In this document: piece by piece, positions 37,709-47,999 of the stretch | How the letters are laid out: each line of letters starts with the position of its first letter | How positions within the stretch are numbered: position 1 is the first letter of the stretch | Assembly (NCBI RefSeq): GCF_036971445.1 | Contig: NC_091470.1 | Span: 189,782,001-189,846,000 of the forward strand | From: Narcine bancroftii | Lineage: Eukaryota | Direction: 5' to 3' | Length of the DNA: 64,000 nucleotides | Made by a program: the position numbers and the translations under genes | The notes under the pieces: model-generated | Database searches by the model: none | The model's input: the letters and a program-made list of their open reading frames with translations, nothing else | What the model was told of the DNA's origin: nothing

Positions 37709-38271
37709 TTCCTACCCTCCTGACACTGGACCCAAAAACAGCGAACTCTCACCTCATCCTGTCACGGGATGGCATGGAGGTGCGTGTGGGCGACAAGCAG
37801 GAGGACCTGCCGGACAATCCGGAGAGGTTCAGTCACTGGCTCAGCATCCTAGGCTCAGAGGGCTTCACCTCCGGCAAGCACTGCTGGGAGGTAGAGGTGG
37901 CTGAGAGCTCCGTCTGGCAGGTGGGGGTGGCCAGGTCTGCCGTGCCCCGTAAGAGAGGCTTCGCTCCATTCCACTGGCAGGAGAGCCGCAAGTTCTTCAC
38001 GCCAGAACCCAATGCGGGGGTGTGGGCTTTGGCCTCACAAGATGGCGACTACGCAGCTCTGACCTCGCCTCCTGTTGAACTGCACCTGAAGGGAAGGTTG
38101 AGAAGGCTGGGGGTTTACCTGGATTATTCCGCCGGACAGGTGTCCTTTTACAATGCCGATGACATGTCCCACCTCCACACTTTCACCGACACGTTCACCG
38201 AGGCAATGTTCCCTTACTTCTACATTGCTCACAAGGGAGACTCACTGCGACTAGTCACACTGGGGATCTAA
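37709..38271 (+). CDS. TRIM gene last coding exon: PRY/SPRY (B30.2) domain
   Basis: tatttcag| then LTLDPKTANSHLILS...LPDNPERF...LGSEGFTSGKHCWEVEV...LGVYLDYSAGQVSFYN...HLHTFTDTFTEAMFPYF; stop TAA 38269-71. Confidence 0.97.
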
Positions 38272-39149
38272 TGAACCTCTCCTCTAATTGTCTCCCCTTC
38301 TCTCTCCCTATCTCACTTTCTCCCTGGCTATCTCTCCCCTCTCCCTCACTCCATCCTCTCCCCCCATTCTCCACCATCCCCTCTCCCCCTGGGATACCAT
38401 TGCTATGCTAGATTGGCCCATCAAGCCTGCTCTGCTATTCTAATCATGAGCTGATCCATCCTCCCACTCCCCGGCTTTTCCCCGGAACCCTTGATGCCCT
38501 GACTATTCAAATACCTGTTAATCTCTATGTTAAATCAACCCCACAACCTCGCTTCCACACCCGCCTGTGGCAACAATTTCCACAGACTCACGACCCCTGA
38601 CTAGAGCATTTTTTTTCCACACCTTGCTTTTATTCTCTGAAGTTATGCCCTCTTGTCCTGGACTCCCTGCCCATGGGAAACAACATTGCCACAATGTCTG
38701 GCCAGGCCTTCCTGCATTCAAAATGCCTCTGTGAGGTCCCTTCTGCCCTCCAGCCAGTGGCTCTGGGACTTGCTGAGTTTCTCCAGCCCACGTCAAGATG
38801 TGGTGTCTGCATTTACCCTGGTGTGTGTGATTGGAGGGGGGGTGGGTGAGTCTTAGCCTCTGACAGGCTGAATCCTTCCTGATGCAATGCTACAAATAAG
38901 AAGAACCCCCCCCCCCACTCCATCTATGTGCAGGGCCGGTCGGTGCTAGGAATTGCGGGGCCCAATTAGAAAATTGATAGAGGGGCCTCTACAAAAGACG
39001 AAATTGATGTTTTATATTTCGTATAGTATGCCACTCTTAGCCAAAAAGCATTAAATGCTTGATTTACTAAATATTGAAAGACAATATGAAAGTTTTATTT
39101 GTTTAATACAAGTTAAGACAATGGCAGACAAACTGTTTATGCACAGGTC

Positions 39150-41820
39150 TTTTAGAAACCGACTTTTCTGGCTTTTGTATTTGCAAAATCTTTCAAAATA
39201 ATTTCAAAGTCAATGCTTTTAGTAATGTCATTTTCTATAGATAGCATCGCCAAATTGTTTAGTCTCTCTTGTGAAATTATGTTTTAATCAGTTTTACTTT
39301 GGAAAAACTTCTTTCCCCCACCCCCCCCCCCCCCCACCTCACCCCCAGCCCGATGCGACTGTTACAGGCATTGTTAAGTAAACCCTCAAAGCAATAAAAA
39401 CATTAGGAACTGCTGTGAATCGGTTGTTTCCATCCAGGTATTCAAACAGAGCTTGAGGCTTAACCACACTGAAGGGAAGAAAAGTTTTCAGACCTTCAAG
39501 TTCTTCGGCCAACAGATAACCATCCACGTCTTTAGTGTGTTTCAGTAACTGCCCCTTCATTAGTGCTCTGTTTTAGTATGCTGTCAGTTAAAGCTGCTTC
39601 AAGGTCTGCCGTGTGTTTCCTTATTTCCACCTTTTCTAAGCTCTAAAAGTTATTTAAAAATCCAAATAATTTTACATGGCTTCTAAGCTGCTTAAATCTA
39701 GACTCTAAAGATTGAATAGCTTTGTCTAGCACTAAGCTGATCTCTGTGCTTCTTTTGGATCATCTAAAGCTCGATCTTTTGCCTCGTATGAAAACATTCT
39801 CTTCCTTCTACGTAGTTTTTTTTCTTGAAATTGTCTAAACTCCAATGGTAATTCAACAGCTTCAGCCAATTCATTTGCGCCTATTAGGACATCATTAAAA
39901 CCGCCCTCTCTATAAATTCTTAGCCATGATAATAGTTTTTCAAATGACTCAATGTCCTTTGTTTCACTTTGTAGTTTCTTGTTACATAGTTAACTTTAAA
40001 AAGTACTTCATGCCAAAATATCAAAGAAACTAAAAATTTGTAGCCTTTTAGCTGGTTTGCTAAAGATTCAGCTTCTGCTTTTACCTTGGGCTCATCTGTT
40101 ATCTCTGATATTTCCACAAGTGCATCATATACTTCTCCAACCTGATAACAAACAGCTTTAACACTATCAATCCGACACTCCCACCTTGTGTTGCTCAAAG
40201 GTTTCACTGATAACCCGGGTACATGTTTGGTAAAAACTGCCCACCTCTTAGTTGATGCTGAGAACACTATGTAGATCCTTTGCAAGATCCCAAAAAATGT
40301 TATAGCATCTGGACAACACTTGGCTACATCTCCGAGTAAAAGGTTATAATTGTGACATGCACAGGGTACAAAGAAAGCTCTTGAATTATCCTTCAACAGT
40401 CGTGCTTGTACTCCAGATGTGTGACCTTTCATGTTGCTTCCGTTGTCATAGCCTTGGCCTTGAATGTCTTTCACCTCTAAATTTAATTCCTTCAGTGTGT
40501 TTAATAATGTTTCATATAAATATTCTCCTGTGCTACTTTCAACCTGCATAAACTTTATGAAATGTTCATAAACACCTGAAGGAGCCAAGTTACCATCAGA
40601 CACATACCTGATCGTTAGAGACATTTGCTCTTGGTGGCTCATATCAGGTGTACAGTCTAAAATTATGGCGTAGTAATTAGCTGCTTTTACGCGTTTCAGT
40701 ATCTCATTCAAAACAGCTGTAGCCATTATGTCTAGTAGTTCATTCTGAGTATCTTTTCCTAAATAATGATTATGAATTTGGTGGGTTTTGACTTTTCGCA
40801 AATGTTCTCAAGAACAGGGTCAAACTTTCCAAACAGCTCAGCAAGACCTAAAAAGTTTCCACTGTGTACACTCTTATTACCAACTTTTTCCTCTGTTCCT
40901 CTAAATGCTAGATTTCTCTCAGCAAGAAACTGCGCTCTTGCTCCTAACCTTTTGAATACTTGGTGCCAGTGCTTTACATGTTCATTGACAATTATTTCAA
41001 GTTCTTTGTCAATTAGTGGGTCCACTACAAAGTCTTTGGTGTAACTCCCAGAAACTCCATGTGGCTTCTAAATGGTTTTTAGAATTTTCATGCTCATACA
41101 ACCTTGTATGAAGATTAGACCAGTTGTTGAATCCACTTGTTGATAATGCACTGGTTGTGTTCTTACTACAAAAATTTACAATAAAAGCAATAAATTCTAT
41201 CAGCGGACTGAGAGTATATAATCCAAGGTCTGTCAACACACTCCCCATTTGGAACTTTCCTCTTGCAGTGAAACTTGGAAAAACATAATCCCTTTTCATT
41301 TCGTGGAAAGTTGTTCACTGGAATAGGAGGACCTTTCATTGTTAAATAATCTCTTACATTTAGATATATATATATATATATATATATATATGCTGGCCAG
41401 TTGGCTGGGTCATCATAAATGTTAAATACAACTGTACTCATGGATGATCCATCATTGCGTGATGTTTGGCTTGGTCTTTTTCGGCTATAAGTGGACTTTC
41501 CGCTTTGGCACTGTCTTCTGGTGTAGTGAGATGGTCTTCAATTTAATTCACAGCTTCGTCATCCTTTTCTAACTTGTTTTCAATTTCATCATTGAATTCA
41601 ACACTGTAATTGGACTCAAGGCTGTATTGTTATTTTCTGAATTGTTTTTGTTTTCTTCATCTTCAATACATGGACGCTTCAAAGATGGAGTGACAGGTAA
41701 TTTGGTAATAGCACCTCTATGTTTTTCATTTTCAGCTACCTTAGCCTTGGCCAGTGCTTGTTTCTGGTTGCCACTTAAATGCTTTGGTCCTTTGTCTCTA
41801 TCTCTGCTTGTCCTTGCCAT
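39150..41820 (-). pseudogene. Frameshifted hAT transposase (TTF-type zinc finger, DUF4371 core, hATC dimerisation region)
   Basis: RPWIIYSQSADRIYCFYCK; FLAERNLAFRG...GNFLGLAELFGKFDPVL; YYAIILDCTPDMSHQEQMS; GQGYDNGSNMKG; VPCACHNYNL; LSNTRWECRID; PNVFIALRVYLTMPVTVAS, spread over several frames. Confidence 0.92.
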
Positions 41821-41964
41821 GTAAAATGACATACAAATTTTAAGCTGCTAATTCTCTGGGCTATATTTTTAAGGTAAAAAAGGTAAAAGAAGTATATTTT
41901 AAAATGTTTAGACTTAAAATTACACAAAAAACTTGACATTAGCAAGTTGTTATAAAATTGGACT

Positions 41965-42180
41965 CAACATCCCTGATAACATGTCTACGTTGTTCCAACA
42001 GTGGAACGATGTTGTCATCAACATCCCTGATAACACGTCTACGTTGTTCCAACAGTGGAACAATGTTGTCATCGACATCCCTGATAACATGTCTATGTTA
42101 TTCCAACAGTGGAACGATGTTGTCATCGACATCCCTGATAACATGTCTACGTTGTTCCAACAGTGGAACGATGTTGGCAT
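41965..42180. repeat. 54-bp tandem repeat x4 within the hAT 5' region
   Basis: Unit CAACATCCCTGATAACATGTCTACGTTGTTCCAACAGTGGAACGATGTTGTCAT; 18-aa periodicity in the ORF track. Confidence 0.92.
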
Positions 42181-44014
42181 CATTGTTGGTACAAGATAAG
42201 AAACCAACGTCAATCTCACATCATTTTGCTCATTAGCTTTACGTTGTTCCAACGTCAGCTGCTGACCTTGGAACAAGGCACCCAACTCTCAACTTGTGAA
42301 CGCCACCAAACAGCAAAACAAGTGACCGATTCTGGATTTGTTGAATGATGACAACTTCGAATAAGGTAAGAATTGCCTTTTTTTAGTAATAATTAGGTTA
42401 GTTAGGTTAGGTTATGTTAGTTAAGCTATCTCAATCTCATATTAAAGTACAAGTTCTCTTGTTGATCAACCTATAGCCTGTTTTGAGCTTGATAATAATA
42501 AGAGATGCTTCATCAGCTCCGGAATACATCTATCTCACTGGGACAAATGAATACAAAACATGACATTTTTGGCTAGGGAGACAAAGGAAGCCTACAGCCA
42601 GTAGTTTAATCGAAGACATATTTCCTAAAAATATTTCACTGAGATGATACGTTCAATTAAGGGCAATAACTTCATGAGTTCACTGACAAATCCCTCAGTT
42701 TATAAGGCCTATAGTATTATTATTTTCTTACCAGTTTAAACGAAGTCCGTCACAGTGTTCTCTGCTCAAGGCCTGGGCTCAAACACGTGCGCAGGGCCCC
42801 CTTGAGGCGTGGGGCCCAATTTAATCAAATTGGTTAAATAGGCTTAAAACCGGCCCCTGTCTACGAGCTATTTGGATCCAACCCACGCAATGGTTTCACA
42901 CCTGCTCTATCTTTGAACATCCGAAGGTGAAATTCCACCTCATTAGTTGTCCTGGAGCCAAGTGATGATGTCTCCGACATATTGAACGATCCAAAATTTA
43001 AAAATTTCATCTTAAAATTGCATCTCAAATACGGGCAGGAAAACAAATGAAGAAGTTCTACAAAGAATGAAAACAAAACATACATTACGTAAAAGAAGCA
43101 GAAAACATCAAGCAAAATTCTTTGGACACAAGTGGAAGCAAGAAGCAGGGGCTGGCAGAGAATGAAAGTGAGAGGTTGGTTAACATCGTGGTGAGAAACA
43201 CGGTCAGGGACCGTGATGGATGGAGACACATGGTGGCCCATGCCGAACAGCAGGGTCCCTGAAACAAGCGTCCTGTATGCCGGGTCTAACGTGTATCAAC
43301 GAAGTCTCAGCGTCACTCCGACCGACTTGACTGCTGTCGGCTCGCTACAAGCTTTAAGCAGTCTGTTGCAGGAGCCGATGGTAGTTTCTTTTAAAATATG
43401 CAAACAAAATTAAAACCTTTACAAGGTAGCTTACTAAAATGGTGTGATTTTGCTTTGAATGGTATCCACTGCTCAGCGTTAAGTGCCCAATTTTGGGTCA
43501 TCCTATACAAAGGGTATCGCCTGCATTTGAGGTGGAAATTCAGGGGTCATCCTTTACAGACTCGTCCCAGACGATGGAATATCTCAGAGGTTCTCTGAGG
43601 AAGAAGCCATCAATCACAAGGAAGGCCTGGTCCCTATATAGCACCGCTGACCCCTTGTCAAGCACCCTGAGGCCTAGAGCAATCCACAAAACCACAGGAG
43701 AAACTCTGCAGGACAGGCAGTATCGATAGGAAAAACAAGGCAGACGGCGTTTCATTTCCCGATGAAGGGCCCAGCACGAAACATTGGTTACCCTTGTCTT
43801 CCTAGGCTATTGACGCTGAGTGACCTGCTGGGTTTCTCCAGCACATTTCTGTGTTGCTTGAGTGGGGAGAGTTCCGTCTTCCCCAGTTCGAACCCGACTG
43901 CTGTTTTCAACCAAAGGTTTCAAACGAGCCTCCCTGCTCACAAGGTCATTGGGAGGTATTGAAGGGCAACAGTGGATGATACTGGAGATCTTCAGCTGGG
44001 AGAGGAATCATGGC

Positions 44015-44445
44015 TGGGATAGAGGACACGGCTGGGTGAGGGGATGGCTGGGAGAAAGGCACAACCCTAGGAGAAGACACAGGAATACAGCTGGGAGAGG
44101 GGACAGGGATATGGCTGGGAGAGGGAACACAGCAGGGAGAGGGGTCACAGCTGGGAGAGGGGCACAGAGACACGGCTGGGAGAGGGGACAGGGCAAGGCT
44201 GGGAGAGGGGACAGGGCAAGGCTGGGAGAGGGGACAGGGCAAGGCTGGGAGAGGGGACAGGGCAAGGCTGGGAGAGGGGACAGGATCACGCTGGGAGGGG
44301 GTCATGGCTGGGAGAGGGGCACACTCCTGGGTGAAAGCACAGGAATGCAGCTGGGAGAGGGGACACAGCTGGGAGAGGGGTCACGGCTGGGAGAGGGGCA
44401 CAAGGACACAGCTAGGAGAGGGGATATGGCTGGGAGAGGGCACAT
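44015..44445. repeat. G-rich GCTGGGAGAGGGG tandem array (~21-26-bp units)
   Basis: Core GCTGGGAGAGGGGACAGGGCAAG repeated. Confidence 0.92.
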
Positions 44446-44902
44446 GAACTGTTTGAATGAAAGGGTAACTTTGCTTTGGTTCTTCCTTCTCTGTGTTACC
44501 GAGGTATTTTGCAGATTCTGTCCCCTCCACTCCCCGACCCAGGACACTTGCTTCCAATAATCTCGACACACTAAGTGCAGTTTTCTACTCCTCCTTGGAT
44601 TGTAATGTTATGATCTCAATGTCTGTGCCGGGCTGAACTTGGATAGTTTGCTTGCTTAGCAGAATCTGTAAATACCACAGTGACAGCATCAGAATCAAAC
44701 AGGAAGAAAAGTGGTTCATATTTAGGATAATTGTGCAAATTAATCAAAGACAATATCATTTGGGGGGGTGTGGCAAGATGGCGTAGGGAACAGACATGCC
44801 TTCCAGACCTCTCCTGACTCTGATTTATTGTTTTGTCTTTAAGTACCTGTTAAAGTTCTTTTAAAAGTTTATAAATAATAAGAGGTGCTGGATTAGTGCC
44901 TA

Positions 44903-46168
44903 ATGGTTTATATGCCAAAAAAAGGTAAAAGAAAACATCAACAGACTGTTAAAAAACTACATTTTCCAAAATTGTCTGAGCCTACTTGTTTAAAAGAAGC
45001 CAGGACTCAGCGTAGAATGGATCCAGAGGAAGACGTACAGAGTTCGGCATTGAAACTCCGTTTTAAGCCGGTGAGGCTCTTTGAAGGTCGCATTCAACAG
45101 CTTTCAGACCAAAGAGCTGGACGGGTGCCAGTATTTCACACAACGGCCACTGTGAGTGCTGTTACTCAGACTTTGACAGTTGAATCAGCTGGGGCACCAC
45201 CAGTTGGAGAGTTAAGGAGCTGTCATTCGACTGCTACAGTGGTGGCGCTGCAAAATGCATCTTCAATTACAACGGTTTTTCCAGACATCGATTCAGTGAA
45301 GATGATTAAAGAGATTTGGCTTAAAGATAACCTTAATCTTCAGTCTCCTGGCATTGCTGGGGGGACTTTGAGAGGGATTTTTATACGAAGTCAAACTGCT
45401 AGAAAAGATACTAAATTAAGGGAAGGGACAGAAGATCCTGTGGTCTCTAAGGAACAGCAAGACCCCATTATGCCTGAATCTACTTCTGTTGAAATGTCTG
45501 TTAAGGATCTTGAAGATAAGATATATTCTGTATCGAGTCACTTAGCTAATTTTGTGAACCTGTTTATTTCCAAGATTAATGCGATGGCGGAAGTCATTAA
45601 TGGAGCTTTTAAGCTTGAAACCATTGAAAGATTTGAAATGTGTGATCAAGGCTTAGTCGATGCACAGGATCAACTGCAAGATGAAAATAGAATAATTGAA
45701 ACATTGCAGATCCAAAATAAAAATTTAGCAAAAAAGGTTGATTATTTGGAGAATCAATCTAGATGGAACAACGTGAAAATTGTTGGTTTGCCAGAAGGCA
45801 TAGAAGGACCAGATCCAAGAAATTTTTTTACTGAATGGATTCCACGAGTGTTAGGACAGGATAAATTCCCTGAAGGTTTAATACTGGAACGTGCTTATAG
45901 AGTTTTAAGAAGAAAATCTTTTTCAGGACAGAATCCAAGATCTGTTTTGATCCGTTGTTTAAACTATTGTGACAGAGAGACAATTTTACGTACGGCTATT
46001 AGAAATGCCCAGCAAAATAGATCTCCTTTGATGGTTCAGAATAATCCTGTTTTCTTCTATCAAGATTTGAGTCAAGAAATTATGTTTCAACGACGCAAAT
46101 TTAATCCTGTGAAAGAATGGTTGTGGAAAAAAGACATAAGGCAACATTCAGGTATTCTGCGGTACTGA
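44903..46168 (+). CDS. L1 ORF1p (coiled-coil, RRM, CTD); frameshift near 46130 and stops in the C-terminal tail
   Basis: LENQSRWNNVKIVGLPEGIEG...ILERAYRV...PRSVLIRCLNYCDRETIL...FFYQDLSQEIMFQRRKF; continuation KATFRYSAVLKIF in a shifted frame. Confidence 0.88.
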   Translation: MVYMPKKGKRKHQQTVKKLHFPKLSEPTCLKEARTQRRMDPEEDVQSSALKLRFKPVRLFEGRIQQLSDQRAGRVPVFHTTATVSAVTQTLTVESAGAPPVGELRSCHSTATVVALQNASSITTVFPDIDSVKMIKEIWLKDNLNLQSPGIAGGTLRGIFIRSQTARKDTKLREGTEDPVVSKEQQDPIMPESTSVEMSVKDLEDKIYSVSSHLANFVNLFISKINAMAEVINGAFKLETIERFEMCDQGLVDAQDQLQDENRIIETLQIQNKNLAKKVDYLENQSRWNNVKIVGLPEGIEGPDPRNFFTEWIPRVLGQDKFPEGLILERAYRVLRRKSFSGQNPRSVLIRCLNYCDRETILRTAIRNAQQNRSPLMVQNNPVFFYQDLSQEIMFQRRKFNPVKEWLWKKDIRQHSGILRY

Positions 46169-46784
46169 AGATTTTTTAGGATGGAAATTAGCCAAAGTTC
46201 TTTGACAATCCTAAAGAGGTTATGGATTTTGCTCAGTCTCTACCAATCATGCAGTTTCAGGAACGATGTAGTCCTTCAAGGTCTCCAAAGAGAGTAGAGA
46301 TGTAAGGTGGGATCCATATTTTTAAAAGAAATGGAAGCAATGGTGACCGAAGTGGTAACGTTGATTTAAAAAAATTAATCTTTTATCTTTTTTCTTGAGA
46401 AGAGTTTAAATAGTTTAAATAATGATGATAGTTTAATGAAATGGGAGTTGGGAGAGGGAACTGGGTGGGCACTAGTTTCCAGAAGTCATCAGCTACCTGT
46501 GAGTTATCTCACACCCAATATTTTGGGGGAGTTACCGCTTTGGGCGGTTTAAACAGGAGGAGGTAGTTGTGACCTCCGACCTGTTTTTTTTTCTTTTTAA
46601 TTTTTGGGTTAAGAAGTGAAGGTTTTTTTTTATTATTTTTTTAAATAAATATTTTTTTTTAACTCTTTTTGTTTTCTGATTGTAATTGAGAGGGAATTAG
46701 GAGGTTTTTTTTCTCTCCTTTTTTTTCTCTTTTTTGGGGTTTTTTTTCTCTTTTTTCTTTCTTTTTTAAGAGGATAATATCACA

Positions 46785-46979
46785 GAAGATAATAAGTCAA
46801 AAATTGAGGATGTTGAATTAGATGAAGAGGAAGATGAGGGGAAAGGTGATAAGAAGAAAAAGAAGAAAATTAAGTACAAATACATTGAGGGAGAAGAGTT
46901 TAATAAAATTAAGTTAATTTCGATAGAGAATTTTGAAGATGTTATAAATGAAGAATATGGAGAATTTTATAAGAGTTTG
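46785..46979 (+). pseudogene. HSP90AA1: Captured fragment of cytosolic HSP90 (alpha-type charged linker / start of middle domain) inside the L1 derivative
   Basis: Hand translation [65 protein letters not shown] versus recalled HSP90-alpha [64 protein letters not shown]. Confidence 0.88.
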
Positions 46980-47004
46980 AACTTTTTTTATATAAGGGGA
47001 GGGG

Positions 47005-47145
47005 AAGGGAATAAAAAGTTTATCTGATTGTTTTTCTAAGGGATGTTTTTGTTCTCTTGATGAATTATAAAGGAAACTTGGTATTAATGGAAATTCTGTA
47101 TTTATGTATTATTAATTATGATTTTTTGTATAACAGATATGTGGT
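47005..47145 (+). pseudogene. Residual L1 ORF2 (post-RT region) fragment
   Basis: [43 protein letters not shown] resembles the fish L1 ORF2 KGI...DCF..G.F.SF..L..K.GI.....F.YYQLR.F motif; stops fall where CAA/CGA are expected. Confidence 0.7.
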
Positions 47146-47588
47146 TGATATATGATTTTAATATTTGAACTTAGTTTTAAAGTGGATTTCATTTGTTAAA
47201 TACATGTATTATGTTTGATTTAAATATATGTTTAAGGGTATTATTTTAGTATTGATATTTTTTTGTTAATTTTTTTTGTTGTTAAGTTTTATCCTTTTTT
47301 TTGTAAATGGGTTTTTTTCTATTTTATTTACAACATTGTTAATTAATTCTTCACTCTTTATTTTGGGGGGAGGGTTGGACTAATTTTAAATTAGATGATT
47401 AATGTTGTGTTATAATTATTGGGAGGGTTAATTTGTGTAGTTTAATGATGTAGTATTCTAATTTTTATTATCTTATTTTTTATTATTTCTTTAAATGTAA
47501 TTTTTATTTTATTCATGTCATAAAATTTTAAATAAAGTTTAAAAAAAAAGACAATATCGTTTACAGTCTACGCTTCCAGGACTAATTA

Positions 47589-47742
47589 CACTGGACAATG
47601 AGTATCTAGCTTCCTGAACAATTCTGGGTGTATTTTATGGACATGGGGCTGCTAATCACAAAAATTGACAAACATTTTCCTATGTTGTACCGTTATTTAG
47701 ATATAACCTATTTTTGAGATTTCCTGTCATATTATAACTCTA
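47589..47742 (+). mobile_element. Chapaev3-type 5' fragment
   Basis: TTA|CACTGGACAATG...GCTTCCTGAACA...ATATAACCTATTTTTG. Confidence 0.65.
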
Positions 47743-47999
47743 CTGGTGTGTTGCCCACAAAGCAAGCTGCTTTAGTCAGTTCAAGCATGCCTGGGAATGC
47801 ATTCAGTGCAGGCACTATGCAAATGTCGTCTTAGGCCAGGGATTGCTAAATCAGGATAAATGCAGATTGGTTCTAAAAGCAGCTCGCATGTATAGATGCT
47901 GTGCATTGCACTGATATGGACTGATCGCAATTTTTTTCAGGCAATTGCATGGTGAGTGAACTTAACAGTAGCATTTGCTGTCTTCAGGAAGATTCAATA

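Larger units (their letters stand above)
38931..42859 (-). mobile_element. Full-length hAT DNA transposon (Tip100/Zaphod, ZMYM1-like transposase), inactivated
   Basis: TIRs CAGGGCCGGT / ACCGGCCCCTG; 8-bp TSD TCTATGTG vs TCTACGAG; transposase fragments on - strand. Confidence 0.92.
44762..47546 (+). mobile_element. Full-length ORF1-only (HAL1-like) non-autonomous L1 derivative, ~2.8 kb
   Basis: 5' GGGGGGGTGTGGCAAGATGGCG (YY1-type L1 start); L1 ORF1; AATAAA at 47531 plus short A tail; 16-bp TSD AAAGACAATATC(A/G)TTT at 44746-61 and 47547-62; no EN/RT. Confidence 0.9.

Noticed and set aside
39920-40801. Host ZMYM1-like gene
   Set aside because: Lies between hAT TIRs and TSD and is frameshifted, so it is a transposase relic
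41965-42180. CRISPR-like array
   Set aside because: Head-to-tail repeats without unique spacers, eukaryotic context, no cas genes
43862-44560. 232-aa Gly/Arg-rich ORF
   Set aside because: Spans the G-rich minisatellite; no domain signal
46785-46979. Exon of a functional HSP90 gene
   Set aside because: No other HSP90 exons in the window, conserved residues are lost, and the fragment is enclosed in a TSD-flanked retroelement
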